Assembly (NCBI GenBank): GCA_963662545.2 | Contig: CAXXLL010000003.1 | Coordinates: 2,720,001-2,784,000, forward strand | Length of the DNA: 64,000 nucleotides | Source of the DNA: Gammaproteobacteria bacterium | Lineage (GTDB): Bacteria > Pseudomonadota > Gammaproteobacteria > Ga0077536 | Direction of reading: 5' to 3' | Part shown: in pieces, positions 9,857 to 20,775 of the stretch | Layout of the letters: each line of letters begins with the position of its first letter | How positions within the stretch are numbered: the first letter of the stretch is position 1 | Made by a program: the position numbers and the translations under genes | The notes under the pieces: model-generated | Seen by the model: the letters and a program-made list of their open reading frames with translations, nothing else | The model's database searches: none | Told to the model about the DNA's origin: nothing

Positions 9857-11728
9857 ATGAGCAATCTGCGCCTGTTACCCCTGTTTGGGATCCTTTGCGC
9901 GGCGATGGCCGTGTCAGCCGATCCCGCAGCCAAAAAATCGGAGGGACCGGACGCCGCCAAGCTGTACGTCGAACGCTGCGCCGAATGCCACTCGCGCGCG
10001 TTGTTTTCGCCGGACCTAAACGCATTGTCGAACCTGACCGCGGAAGAGGCGTACAAGGATCTGTGGTGGGGCGTCATGGCGCAGTTCGCCAATGGCCTGG
10101 ATGATCAGGAGCGATGGGAGCTGGCCAAGTTCGTCACCAGTCACAAACCGGACAACGAAAAGGACGCGCGCGGCCACGGCGTCAAAATGTGCAAGGACAA
10201 GAAGCCGCTGGTGGCCGATGCCAAGCATGACTGGCCCGGACTCTCGAAGGACAACCGCTACCACCGGCATGCGACCAATTCGAAGTTCACTGCTGCGGGC
10301 GTGAAGAACCTCAAGCTCAAGTGGGCCGTGGGGTTTCCGCAGGTCCATGCGTTCAATGGTGGCGGGCACCCGGTCTCCGTCGTCGGCGACCGCGTGTTCG
10401 TGGGTAATCTCAATCACTGGGTCTACTCGTTCGATGTGGACTCCGGATGCGCGCACTGGGCGTTCCAGGCCGAATGGCGGATTCGATCGAACGTCGCCGT
10501 GGGCGACGGTATCGCCGTATTCGGCGATGTCGGGGCGAACGTCTACGGAGTGAACGCGGAAACAGGCCAGCTGCTCTGGCGCGACAAAGCGGATTGGACG
10601 CCGACCGCCCGCGTTTCGGGTAACGTGACGGTGCACGACGGCGTCGTCTACGTGCCCATATCCAACCTGCAGGAAGTGCTCAACATGGGCGGCAGGACCT
10701 TGGAATTCCCGTGCTGTACGGCTCGCGGCGCAATCGTCGCCTATGACCTGCATACCGGTGAGCGCAAGTGGAAGACCTTTACCATCGACCAGGAGCCCGG
10801 GTATATAGGCACGACGAAAAGCGGCACGAATCGCTACGGCCCCTCGGGCGTCATGGTGTTCTCGGCGATCACGGTCGACGACAAGCGCGGCCTCTTGTAC
10901 GTGCCGACCGCGAACCAGATGACCGAGCCGGTCGTTCGCGAATCCGACTCCGTGATCGCGTTCGACATGAAAACGGGCGCCAAGCGTTGGGTGAAATCAC
11001 TGGCGCCCGAGCAGATGGGCGGCCAGGACATCTACCACCTGGGCTGCGAAGCGTGGGTCGATGAAGAGCGGAAAACCTGCTCGCCCTTAAACCCGAAGGG
11101 ACAGGGTGACCGGGATATCGTGTCGCCCGTGGTGCTGGTGGAACGAGCGGACGGTAAGGAGGTCCTCATGGTCGGATCCAAGGACGGCATGCTTTACGCG
11201 TTGGATCCGGACGCCAAAGGAAAAATCCTGTGGCAGACCCGCGTCGGCAAAGGCGGGGAAGTCGGCGGCATCCAGTGGGGCTTTGCGAGCGATGGCAAGA
11301 ATGCTTACGTCCCCGTCAACGATATGGATGCGGACATGAAGGCGGACGGCTCGTTCACGGCGGTCGATCTCGTGACCGGAAAATCCGTATGGCGCGTCGA
11401 GAAAATGACGCCCGTCTGTGAGGGTAAGCCGACGCCGCCGTGCAGCAATGCCTTCGGCTTGCCCAGTACCGTGGCGAACGACGTCGCTTTCACGGGCAAC
11501 GCCGACGGCGTGCTGCGCGCCTACAATACTGCGACCGGGAAGCTGGTGTGGAGCTTCGATACGGCGCGCGACTATGAAACCGTCAACGGTCACAAGGGCT
11601 ACGGCGGGAGTCTGGGCTTCGGCGGGCCGGTCATCGTGAAGAATCGGATGTTCGTGTCATCCGGCCTGGACTATGGGAATTTCGGGATGGCCGGAAACGT
11701 CCTGCTCGCGTTCGAGCTCGACGAATAG
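9857..11728 (+). CDS. Quinohemoprotein PQQ dehydrogenase with N-terminal cytochrome c (polyvinyl-alcohol-dehydrogenase-like), copy 1
   Basis: Signal peptide, CAECH heme motif, PQQ beta-propeller Trp repeats (TGQLLW, TGERKW, TGKLVW), vicinal CC in PCCT. Confidence 0.85.
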   Translation: MSNLRLLPLFGILCAAMAVSADPAAKKSEGPDAAKLYVERCAECHSRALFSPDLNALSNLTAEEAYKDLWWGVMAQFANGLDDQERWELAKFVTSHKPDNEKDARGHGVKMCKDKKPLVADAKHDWPGLSKDNRYHRHATNSKFTAAGVKNLKLKWAVGFPQVHAFNGGGHPVSVVGDRVFVGNLNHWVYSFDVDSGCAHWAFQAEWRIRSNVAVGDGIAVFGDVGANVYGVNAETGQLLWRDKADWTPTARVSGNVTVHDGVVYVPISNLQEVLNMGGRTLEFPCCTARGAIVAYDLHTGERKWKTFTIDQEPGYIGTTKSGTNRYGPSGVMVFSAITVDDKRGLLYVPTANQMTEPVVRESDSVIAFDMKTGAKRWVKSLAPEQMGGQDIYHLGCEAWVDEERKTCSPLNPKGQGDRDIVSPVVLVERADGKEVLMVGSKDGMLYALDPDAKGKILWQTRVGKGGEVGGIQWGFASDGKNAYVPVNDMDADMKADGSFTAVDLVTGKSVWRVEKMTPVCEGKPTPPCSNAFGLPSTVANDVAFTGNADGVLRAYNTATGKLVWSFDTARDYETVNGHKGYGGSLGFGGPVIVKNRMFVSSGLDYGNFGMAGNVLLAFELDE

Positions 11729-11734
11729 GGTGAC

Positions 11735-11975
11735 GTAACGGCGATTCGATCGGAGGACGTCATACTGAGCGTCGCGGACGCGCTGCAATACATCTCGTCT
11801 TACCCCGAATACATCGCCAACCTCGCGCGCGCCTACGAGCTCTGAAGAGTCGCAGGCCGCGCGCGATGCGATGGCGCAAATCCTGATCAACGCTCGCATG
11901 TGCGCGGAAGGGCACCGTCCGATCTGGCAGGACACCGGTATCGTCACCGTCTTTTGCCGAGTCGGCATGGACGAT
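11735..11975 (+). pseudogene. Class I fumarate hydratase 5' fragment
   Basis: AIRSEDVILSVADALQYIS ... ARDAMAQILINARMCAEGHRPI.QDTGIVTV, frameshifted and truncated. Confidence 0.75.
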
Positions 11976-12167
11976 CCGAATTTGTCTGGTGTGAGTTGCC
12001 CCTTTTTGCCCATTTCTATGTTCCCCGGGTATTGGTCGGGTCAGTAATGCATATCGGACGAATCGCTATCCCGCGCTCGCCGTTAACCGCGCGGGGCTCC
12101 GCTTTGTTATGCTTACAGGATTGCCCTCGGGTGAACATCCAATAAGACGATGTCGGGAGATCGGACC

Positions 12168-14033
12168 ATGAGAAATCTGCACCTGTTACCCCTGTTTGGA
12201 TCCCTGTTCGCGTCGCTCGCAGCGTATGCCGAACCGGCAACCGAAAAGTCGAAGGGACTGGACGGCGCCGCACTGTACGCCGAACACTGTATCGAATGCC
12301 ACGGGCGCGCCGCATTTTCCCCATCGTTGACGGCATTATCGAACATGACTGCAGAGGAAATTCACAAGGAGCTGTGGTTCGGCGTCATGGCGCAGTTCGC
12401 CAATGGCATGGACGATGCGAAGCGATGGACGATAGCCAAGTGGATCGCCGACCATAAACCCGAAAAGGGCACGCGCGGTGCCGGCGTGACCATGTGCAAA
12501 GACAAGACGCCGCTGGTACCCGATGCGGAGCATGACTGGCCTGGACTGTCGAACGACAACCGCTACAACCGGCATGTGACTAATGCGCAGCTCACCGCTG
12601 CGGGGTTAGCGAACCTCAAGGTCAAGTGGGCCGTGGCCTTCCCGCAGGTCCACGCGTACCAGGGTGGTGGGCACTCGGTCGCCGTCGTGGGCGACCGAGT
12701 GTTCGTGGGTAATCTGAATCAATGGGCCTACTCGCTCGATGCGGACACCGGGTGTGCCCACTGGGCGTTTCGCGCGGAATGGCGGATCCGATCGAACATC
12801 GCGGTGTCCGACGGTATCGCCGTGTTTGGCGATCTGGGGGCCAACGTATACGCTTTGAACGCGGAAACGGGCCAATTGCTGTGGCGCGACCGGGCGGATT
12901 GGACGCCGACTTCACGCATTACGGGCAACGTGACGGCGCACGACGGCATGGTTTACGTGCCCGTGTCCTCCCTCCAAGAAGTGCTCAATCTCGGCAAACA
13001 TAAGGAATACCCGTGCTGTACGTTTCGCGGCAGCATCGTCGCCTATGACCTGCGTACCGGTGAGCGCAAGTGGAAGTCCTACACCATCGACAAGGAATTC
13101 GGGTATCTGGGCACGACGAAAGCCGGCACGAATCGCTACGGTCCCTCGGGGGTCGTGGTGTTCTCGGCCGTCACAGTCGACGACAAGCGCGGCCTGCTTT
13201 ACGTGCCAACCGGCAACCAGATGACTGAGCCGGTCGTGCTCGAATCCGACGCCATGTTGGCGTTGGACATGAAAACCGGCGCCAAGCGCTGGGTGAAATC
13301 ACTGGCGCCCGAGCAGATGGGCGGCCAGGACATCTACCACCTGGGCTGCGAAAAGTGGGTGGATCCCGAACAGAAAACCTGCTCGCCCTTAAACCCGACG
13401 GGACACGGTGACCGGGATATCGTGGCTCCCGCGGTGCTGGTGGAACGATCGGATGGTAAGGAGATCATCGTGACCGGATCCAAGGACGGCATGCTTTACG
13501 GCCTGGATCCGGATGACGGCGGCAAAGTCCTGTGGCAGATCCGCCTCGGCGCCGGCGGAGAGATCGGCGGCATCCAATGGGGATTCTCGAGCGACGGCAT
13601 AAATGCCTACGTACCCGTCATCGATATGAATCAGGACATGAAGGCGAACGGGTCCTTCACGGCGGTCGATCTGCTGACCGGTAAATCCATCTGGCGTATA
13701 CAGGGTATGGCGCCTGATTGTGAAGGTAAGACGTCACCCCCGTGCAGCAACGCCTTCAGCTTGCCCAGTACCGTGGCGGGCGGCGTCGTTTACACCGGGA
13801 CCGGCGACGGCGTACTGCGCGCCTACGATACCGCGACCGGCAAGCCGGTGTGGACGTTCGATACCGTGCGCGAATATGAAACGGTTAACGGCCGCAAAGG
13901 GTTCGGTGGGGGGCTCGGCTCGTTCGGGGGGCCCGTCATCGTGAAAAACCGGTTATACGTTTCATCCGGCATGGATCAGTTCAATATTGGGCTGCCCGGA
14001 AACGTACTGATCGCGTTCGAGATCCCCGAATAA
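12168..14033 (+). CDS. Quinohemoprotein PQQ dehydrogenase, copy 2 (diverged paralog)
   Basis: CIECH, PCCT, PQQ repeats and signal peptide; ATG 12168 follows a GGGAGA RBS. Confidence 0.85.
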   Translation: MRNLHLLPLFGSLFASLAAYAEPATEKSKGLDGAALYAEHCIECHGRAAFSPSLTALSNMTAEEIHKELWFGVMAQFANGMDDAKRWTIAKWIADHKPEKGTRGAGVTMCKDKTPLVPDAEHDWPGLSNDNRYNRHVTNAQLTAAGLANLKVKWAVAFPQVHAYQGGGHSVAVVGDRVFVGNLNQWAYSLDADTGCAHWAFRAEWRIRSNIAVSDGIAVFGDLGANVYALNAETGQLLWRDRADWTPTSRITGNVTAHDGMVYVPVSSLQEVLNLGKHKEYPCCTFRGSIVAYDLRTGERKWKSYTIDKEFGYLGTTKAGTNRYGPSGVVVFSAVTVDDKRGLLYVPTGNQMTEPVVLESDAMLALDMKTGAKRWVKSLAPEQMGGQDIYHLGCEKWVDPEQKTCSPLNPTGHGDRDIVAPAVLVERSDGKEIIVTGSKDGMLYGLDPDDGGKVLWQIRLGAGGEIGGIQWGFSSDGINAYVPVIDMNQDMKANGSFTAVDLLTGKSIWRIQGMAPDCEGKTSPPCSNAFSLPSTVAGGVVYTGTGDGVLRAYDTATGKPVWTFDTVREYETVNGRKGFGGGLGSFGGPVIVKNRLYVSSGMDQFNIGLPGNVLIAFEIPE

Positions 14034-14040
14034 GGGTACC

Positions 14041-14137
14041 GTGACGGCGATTAGATCGGAGGACGTTATTCAAAGCGTGGCGGACGCGTTGCAATACATC
14101 TCGTATTACCATCCGCCCGACTACATCGCCAACCGCG
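14041..14137 (+). pseudogene. Class I fumarate hydratase 5' fragment
   Basis: VTAIRSEDVIQSVADALQYISYYHPPDYIAN, then an abrupt junction. Confidence 0.75.
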
Positions 14138-14515
14138 CGCCGCGCGCAGGCCGTTATTGATGTCGAAGCTGCCATCGAGATGGGGGTCGTTGATCAAGCC
14201 TTTCCAGCCAATGGTCGTGCGCGGCTTTTCGAAATAGGCCCGCATGACGATACAGAGGTCCGCTTTGAGATCGTCGAGCGCACCGTGCAGGTGGTCGGCA
14301 TATTCGAGCGCCGCTTGCGTATCGTGTATAGAGCACGGCCCGGCCACGACGAGCAACCGGTCGTCCTCACCGCGGATGATCGCTTCCGTCGCACTGCGCG
14401 CATTGGCAATGAGCTTGGCAGCCTGTTCGGAAACAGGGATCTCCTCCATCAATATTGCCGGCGAAATCAGCGGTCGGTAACCGCTGATACGCGCATCATC
14501 GATAACGTGGAACAT
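14135..14515 (-). pseudogene. Class I-alpha DAHP synthase (AroG/AroF-like) 5' fragment
   Basis: DDRLLVVAGPCSIHD and RAYFEKPRTTIGWKGLINDP motifs; truncated after about 127 aa where it meets the fumarase fragment. Confidence 0.85.
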
Positions 14516-14657
14516 GGGAAACGGCTCCGCAGCCTGCGTTCAAGGGGCGCGATGATAATGCGGCGCTCATATTATCGCCAGTAGCCCAGTTTTTTCGGCA
14601 GTACGCTCGGGCCAGCGATGCGTTATGCTGCTAAATACACACGAGGGAGAACGATCA

Positions 14658-15170
14658 ATGAAACAATTTATTCTGATACTGGCGGCAGCAAGCGTATGCA
14701 ACGCGAGCCTCGCTGCGGATGAAAACTTCAACATGGCAGGATCCCACGGTACGGCGATCATAGCGACGGCTAAAGACAAGGAGTTGTCCGAGCAATACCA
14801 TTATTCTATGGCCTACCGTGCAGGCGATTTCATGTTCTTTTCCGGCGTCGTGGCCGAGGCACCTGGGGAAAATCCGGCAACGACTGAAGAATTTCAGAAA
14901 GATCTCCGCCGTTCGTTTAACGACATCAAGAAGACGCTCGCCGCTGCCGGTGCGGATTTCAATCAGGTCGTCAAGCTCACCACCTTCCACGTCTTCGACA
15001 GTCCCAATTTTGATGGCGACAAGGGCGCGCATATCGCAGCGTTTATGACCGTAAAGGATGAATTTATGCCGGCGCCGTGGACCGCGTGGACAGCGATCGG
15101 TATCAGCGAGTTATTTCCCGACCGAGGTCTGGTAGAGATCCAAATGATCGTTCACGTACCTGGTGAATGA
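14658..15170 (+). CDS. RidA/YjgF-family protein with signal peptide
   Basis: YSMAYRAGDFMFFSG, PWTAWTAIGISEL and VEIQM motifs; MKQFILILAAASVCNASLA signal. Confidence 0.75.
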   Translation: MKQFILILAAASVCNASLAADENFNMAGSHGTAIIATAKDKELSEQYHYSMAYRAGDFMFFSGVVAEAPGENPATTEEFQKDLRRSFNDIKKTLAAAGADFNQVVKLTTFHVFDSPNFDGDKGAHIAAFMTVKDEFMPAPWTAWTAIGISELFPDRGLVEIQMIVHVPGE

Positions 15171-15198
15171 GGTGCGTGTTGCCGCCTGTTGATCGAGG

Positions 15199-16590
15199 CT
15201 AAATAAAGGATCGTGATGCCCCTAGGTGCGGTGCGCTGAGGCGGCGTGGTTCGCCGGCGAGCCGGCTCGCGGCGAACAGACGCTGAGCTTCCGCATACTG
15301 TTTTGCTGCGGTTTGCGGCCTGTCGAAGAGGAAGTGCCAGTCACCGAGCAGGGTCGCCGCAATTGCCTCGCCGGCGCTCTGCTGTATCTTCGCGGCCGCT
15401 TCCAAGGCAACGCGCCCGTCAACGAAATTGTGGATGATGTGATTGCGCTGCGAGATCGACCTGTCATTTTGGCGCGCTGTGAATTCGCTCGTAGTCAGGC
15501 CGGGTGCGGTGATAACCTGTTCCAGCTTGGTGCCCTTTTTCCCATCGCCAGTCGATACGTGACGCGCCATGTCGTAGGCAATCGCCGCGCGCAAATACAA
15601 GATTTCCACCAGGCGCGGATCGTGCTCGCCGTACGCCCTGATGGCGATATCGTGCGCTTGTTCTGCGGCATAGCCGCCCAGTAAAAGGTGCTTGTAGGGC
15701 GGAGTCGATGTCGGCAAATGATGTGCTTCGCGCTGCCAGATCGCGACTAACTGTTCCGCCTCGTCGCCGAGTTCGTGTCGATGTACCGACGCCAGAAGCT
15801 TGAAGTGCGCGTCGACCTGCTCCCAGTTTCCTTGCGCGCGATGACTTTCTATCAGCAGATCGATGATGGGGATCTGGCCGGGATCGTGGAGGCCGAGGTG
15901 CGTGCGCCGGATCTGAAGCGCGTTCGAGAAGCTGTCCACGGCGCCGGCGTGATCCCCCGCATCCCGCTGCGCCAGCCCGAGGCCGAGCCAATGCTCGGCG
16001 AGCGCGAAGCCATGGTTGCCGTGCACGGCCTGCAGCTCGGCGATATGGGCCTGGGATTCGGCTACCGAATTCGGCGGCACGGCGCCGGACGCAACCGCCG
16101 TTGCATCTGGCGTCAGTTCGGCCCATGCGTGAGAGGTGGCGATCAGGGCGATCAAGGCCGAGCACACCGCACCCGACAGCAGCAACCCGAAGCTGGAGAG
16201 CACGGCCAGATCCGAGTACAGATAGCTTAAAAACGCCACGACGAGAATGGCCGTGGTCGTGATCAGCGCCGGGCCGACACCCATCAACGCGCGCTCCAGC
16301 GCGACCCGATAGTCGCCGCTGCAGGCGAATTCAATCTTGTATCGATTGAGCAGATGGATGGTATCGTCGACGGCGATACCGATCGCGATGGTCGCCAGCA
16401 GCAAACGAAAATAGTCCAAAGAGACGCCCGTCAGCCCCATGCAGCCCAGGATGAACAGGATCGGCGTGAGATTCGCGATCATGGCCAGCAGGCCGATCGT
16501 CACACTGCCATAGACCAGGCAGATGAACAGGAAGATCAGCATGAAAACCACGATATAGCCTGGATGCGGCGCAGCGGGATCCGGGCTCAA
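15199..16590 (-). pseudogene. Chimeric ORF: MMPL/RND C-terminal TM fragment fused to a secreted TPR-like protein
   Basis: ANLTP...IAIGIAVDDTIH (RND/MMPL motif) joins near 16160 to ...SHAWAE and TPR-like helices (LGLAQRDAGDHAGAVDSFSNALQIRR). Confidence 0.65.
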
Positions 16591-16608
16591 ACTGTACGCA
16601 GGAGACGC

Positions 16609-17023
16609 TTACTCGTCGAGGTCGATCCGCTCCACGCGCTCGAACCGGCCCAGGCCGCAGCCGGGCCCGCGAAAACGCCCCTCGTGATCAGGTGGGCCTT
16701 GGATCGCGGTGATCCAGTCGACGTCGCATAGTCTGGTGCTCCGCGTATCGATCGCGATACCGCGGTCCATGGTGAGCGCACCGCACGCCTGCGGCAGGGT
16801 ATTGAGATAGTAGCCGGCTGACGCCGGTGCGAAACAGGATGTGGCGCTCGTCGATGACGCGCGTATCCCGTATGCGGTGGAGCTGCAGGCAGCGTTCCAC
16901 CTCGCCGGTGTGCGCGAAACCCGCCTCGAAATCGGCAAGGCGTTCAGCCCCCGTCCTGGCTTGCGCCGCGGTTGCTGAAGCCAAGGTCAAACCGGCCACT
17001 ATTACGACTTTGAGACGATGCAT
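16609..17023 (-). pseudogene. Small secreted hypothetical protein (DUF6491-like), frameshifted
   Basis: Signal peptide and CLQLHRIRDTRVIDERHILF in one frame; YYLNTLPQAC...RLCDVDWI in another. Confidence 0.55.
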
Positions 17024-17482
17024 GGCTCATTAGTGTTGCCGGTGTGGCTGAAGTTCCCCACCGAGGCAATCGGCCGTCGTCTCATCCGCGGCACCGGTCG
17101 GTGGGTGCAAACGCGTGCCGAGCCCCCCGTCGATGCCCGCGTCGGCACGCGGCTCGACGACCGTGTCAGCAACGGAGCAGACCACGGTCAGGCGCAGGGT
17201 TCGCGGGTCGTGCCACGCCCGGCCCGCTGGCGTGCACGCCCGGATTCACTCGAGGCCTTCCTTTTTCGTGTTGAGACTTGATGGACGGGCTTTGTTTACC
17301 CTATAACTCCGCCGACCCGGGCTTTGCCCCGGTCCCGCTTCGGGATGGATCCGGCATGGATCGGTCTCGACAGACAGCGGCAACAGAGGATCGGCTTTGG
17401 GGGCGAACCAAGAACCGATCCGAACGCATCTAACGCTCCCTGAAGTTAGCCGTCCGACGCAGGCGCCCAAAGGATGGTCATC

Positions 17483-18181
17483 GTGAACGCCAGACAACGA
17501 GGAACGAACCTCATTAGACGGTCACTACGTTATTTCGGTTATCGGCTGCCAAAACCGTCAGCGAACAAGCAGTTTCAAATACACTACGAGTCGTTGGCGC
17601 ATTTCCTGTATTTCAAGGAAATCTACGACCTGATCTCGAATCTGGAAGGAGACATCGTCGAATGTGGCGTCGGTCGAGGCCACAGCTTGTTCAAGTTGTG
17701 TTGTCTGGCGTCTTAAGAAAACAAAGGGAGAACCATCTACGGCTTTGATTCCTTCGAAGGGTTTCCGGAACCTTCCGAAGAGGATACGAGTCCGAGGAAT
17801 CCTCAAAAAGGCGAGTGGAATGTCGCGACAGTCGAAACCATCGAACGGAGATTGGCAAAGGATGGCAGAATCGAGCCGTCGTTCATCAAAAATAACGTAA
17901 AACTGATAAAAAGTTTCTTCGAGGAAAGCCTGACCAGATTCGACGGAGAGCGTATCGCTTTTCTGCACCTGGACGTTGATCTGTATGAATCATACAAAGT
18001 GACGCTGGAATTTTTCTGGCCCAAGGTCGCGAGCGGCGGAGTCGTTGCCTTTGATGAATACAGGAACGTAATAGAGCAGTTCCCCGGAGCTGTCAAAGCG
18101 ATCGACGAGTTTTTCGGTTCTCTGGCAACCCAGATCCGTTTCAACGAGCAGGCCGACAGATACTACATCGTGAAGTCGTAA
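17483..18181 (+). pseudogene. TylF-family O-methyltransferase paralog with a nonsense mutation
   Basis: Colinear with 5413-6111; TAA at 17714-17716 where copy 1 has TAC, and the frame continues to 18181. Confidence 0.9.
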
Positions 18182-18681
18182 TTCCAGACGGCTGATTGCC
18201 TATTCGTCATACCGGATTTTTTTTGCTGACAGCGTGTCCATTCCATGGCTCGCTTCCGCGGCCCGCTCCTGCCGTCATGCCGGGCCGGGGTGCCGAGGAA
18301 AGCCGGGCGTGCGGTGCGCGCCGCCCGCCTGAGGGCATGGATCGGCCGCGACCTAGAATGTCGGGGTGCGCCGGCGTGGTCGCCTGATCCCCCAAGCGCG
18401 GCCCCCCGGTCCCCGGGAAGCGCGGACAGCCCGGACGATTTTCGACCACGAAGCAATGCGTGCAGAGGTCGGGGCGCCACGCCGATCACGCAGCTGCGGC
18501 GAAGCGGCATCCGGCACCGGAAAACGTAACGGTGCCGCTCGTCGAATTGGTCTCTCGAATCTAAGGTGGTGTGCTCAGACGATCGGGTAATTTCTTATTC
18601 GACCTGGTACCAAAAACGTTATATGCTCGCGGCACGACCCTGAGGTCGGCATCCAAAAAGACGCAGCTGGGAGATCGGACC

Positions 18682-20550
18682 ATGAGCATTCGGCACCTGT
18701 TACCCCTGTTTGGGATCCTCTTCATGGCGACGGCGGTGTCAGCCGACCCCAACAAAAGATCGGGGAAACCGGACGCCGCCAAGCTGTACGCCGACCGCTG
18801 CGCCGAATGCCACACGCGCGCCGCGTTTTCGCCGGACCTAAACGCATTGTCGAACCTGACCGCGGAAGAGGCGCACAAGGAGCTGTGGTGGGGCGTCATG
18901 CAGCAGTTCGCCAATGGCCTGGACGATCAGGAGCGATGGGAGCTGGCCAAGTACGTCACCAGTCACAAACCGGAGAGCGAAAAGGACGCGCGCGGCCACG
19001 GCGTCAAAATGTGCAAGGACAAGAAGCCGCTGGTGGCCGATGCCAAGCATGACTGGCCCGGACTCTCGAAGGACAACCGCTTCCACCGGCATGCGACCAA
19101 TTCGAAGTTCACTGCTGCGGGCGTGAAGAACCTCAAGCTCAAGTGGGCCGTGGGGTTTCCGCAGGTCCATGCGTTCAATGGTGGCGGGCACCCGGTCTCC
19201 GTCGTCGGCGACCGCGTGTTCGTGGGTAATCTCAATCACTGGGTCTACTCGTTCGATGTGGACTCCGGATGCGCGCACTGGGCGTTCCAGGCCGAATGGC
19301 GGATTCGATCGAACGTCGCCGTGGGCGACGGTATCGCCGTATTCGGCGATGTCGGGGCGAACGTCTACGGAGTGAACGCGGAAACAGGCCAGCTGCTCTG
19401 GCGCGACAAAGCGGATTGGACGCCGACCGCCCGCGTTTCGGGTAACGTGACGGTGCACGACGGCGTCGTCTACGTGCCCATATCCAACCTGCAGGAAGTG
19501 CTCAACATGGGCGGCAGGACCTTGGAATTCCCGTGCTGTACGGCTCGCGGCGCAATCGTCGCCTATGACCTGCATACCGGTGAGCGCAAGTGGAAGACCT
19601 TTACCATCGACCAGGAGCCCGGGTATATAGGCACGACGAAAAGCGGCACGAATCGCTACGGCCCCTCGGGCGTCATGGTGTTCTCGGCGATCACGGTCGA
19701 CGACAAGCGCGGCCTCTTGTACGTGCCGACCGCGAACCAGATGACCGAGCCGGTCGTTCGCGAATCCGACTCCGTGATCGCGTTCGACATGAAAACGGGC
19801 GCCAAGCGTTGGGTGAAATCACTGGCGCCCGAGCAGATGGGCGGCCAGGACATCTACCACCTGGGCTGCGAAGCGTGGGTCGATGAAGAGCGGAAAACCT
19901 GCTCGCCCTTAAACCCGAAGGGACAGGGTGACCGGGATATCGTGTCGCCCGTGGTGCTGGTGGAACGAGCGGACGGTAAGGAGGTCCTCATGGTCGGATC
20001 CAAGGACGGCATGCTTTACGCGTTGGATCCGGACGCCAAAGGAAAAATCCTGTGGCAGACCCGCGTCGGCAAAGGCGGGGAAGTCGGCGGCATCCAGTGG
20101 GGCTTTGCGAGCGATGGCAAGAATGCTTACGTCCCCGTCAACGATATGGATGCGGACATGAAGGCGGACGGCTCGTTCACGGCGGTCGATCTCGTGACCG
20201 GAAAATCCGTATGGCGCGTCGAGAAAATGACGCCCGTCTGTGAGGGTAAGCCGACGCCGCCGTGCAGCAATGCCTTCGGCTTGCCCAGTACCGTGGCGAA
20301 CGACGTCGCTTTCACGGGCAACGCCGACGGCGTGCTGCGCGCCTACAATACTGCGACCGGGAAGCTGGTGTGGAGCTTCGATACGGCGCGCGACTATGAA
20401 ACCGTCAACGGTCACAAGGGCTACGGCGGGAGTCTGGGCTTCGGCGGGCCGGTCATCGTGAAGAATCAGTTATTCGTGTCATCCGGCCTGGACTATGCGA
20501 ATTTCGGGATGGCTGGGAACGTCCTGCTCATGTTCGAGCTCGACGAATAG
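18682..20550 (+). CDS. Quinohemoprotein PQQ dehydrogenase, copy 3
   Basis: CAECH and PCCT; the body appears identical to copy 1 while the termini differ. Confidence 0.85.
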   Translation: MSIRHLLPLFGILFMATAVSADPNKRSGKPDAAKLYADRCAECHTRAAFSPDLNALSNLTAEEAHKELWWGVMQQFANGLDDQERWELAKYVTSHKPESEKDARGHGVKMCKDKKPLVADAKHDWPGLSKDNRFHRHATNSKFTAAGVKNLKLKWAVGFPQVHAFNGGGHPVSVVGDRVFVGNLNHWVYSFDVDSGCAHWAFQAEWRIRSNVAVGDGIAVFGDVGANVYGVNAETGQLLWRDKADWTPTARVSGNVTVHDGVVYVPISNLQEVLNMGGRTLEFPCCTARGAIVAYDLHTGERKWKTFTIDQEPGYIGTTKSGTNRYGPSGVMVFSAITVDDKRGLLYVPTANQMTEPVVRESDSVIAFDMKTGAKRWVKSLAPEQMGGQDIYHLGCEAWVDEERKTCSPLNPKGQGDRDIVSPVVLVERADGKEVLMVGSKDGMLYALDPDAKGKILWQTRVGKGGEVGGIQWGFASDGKNAYVPVNDMDADMKADGSFTAVDLVTGKSVWRVEKMTPVCEGKPTPPCSNAFGLPSTVANDVAFTGNADGVLRAYNTATGKLVWSFDTARDYETVNGHKGYGGSLGFGGPVIVKNQLFVSSGLDYANFGMAGNVLLMFELDE

Positions 20551-20556
20551 GGTGAC

Positions 20557-20775
20557 GTAACGGCGATTCGATCGGAGGACGTCATACTGAGCGTCGCGGA
20601 CGCGCTGCAATACATCTCGTCTTACCCCGAATACATCGCCAACCTCGCGCGCGCCTACGAGCTCTGAAGAGTCGCAGGCCGCGCGCGATGCGATGGCGCA
20701 AATCCTGATCAACGCTCGCATGTGCGCGGAAGGGCACGGTCCCGTCAGCCAGGACACGCGCATCGTCACGGTCTT
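20557..20775 (+). pseudogene. Class I fumarate hydratase 5' fragment
   Basis: Same sequence as 11735-11915, then diverges. Confidence 0.75.

Noticed and set aside
10016-10753. Long antisense or alternate-frame ORFs (also 7159-7755, 25440-26327, 37337-38371, 42056-42751)
   Set aside because: Shadow ORFs of GC-rich genes with no recognisable motifs
17287-17311. oriIS-like motif GGGCTTTGTTTACCCTATAAC
   Set aside because: No IS91 remnant is adjacent, and a similar CTATACTCCG precedes the other TylF copy, so a -10 promoter element is more likely
9857-20550. Diversity-generating retroelement acting on the PQQ-DH paralogs
   Set aside because: No reverse transcriptase is present, and differences between copies are not confined to adenine positions
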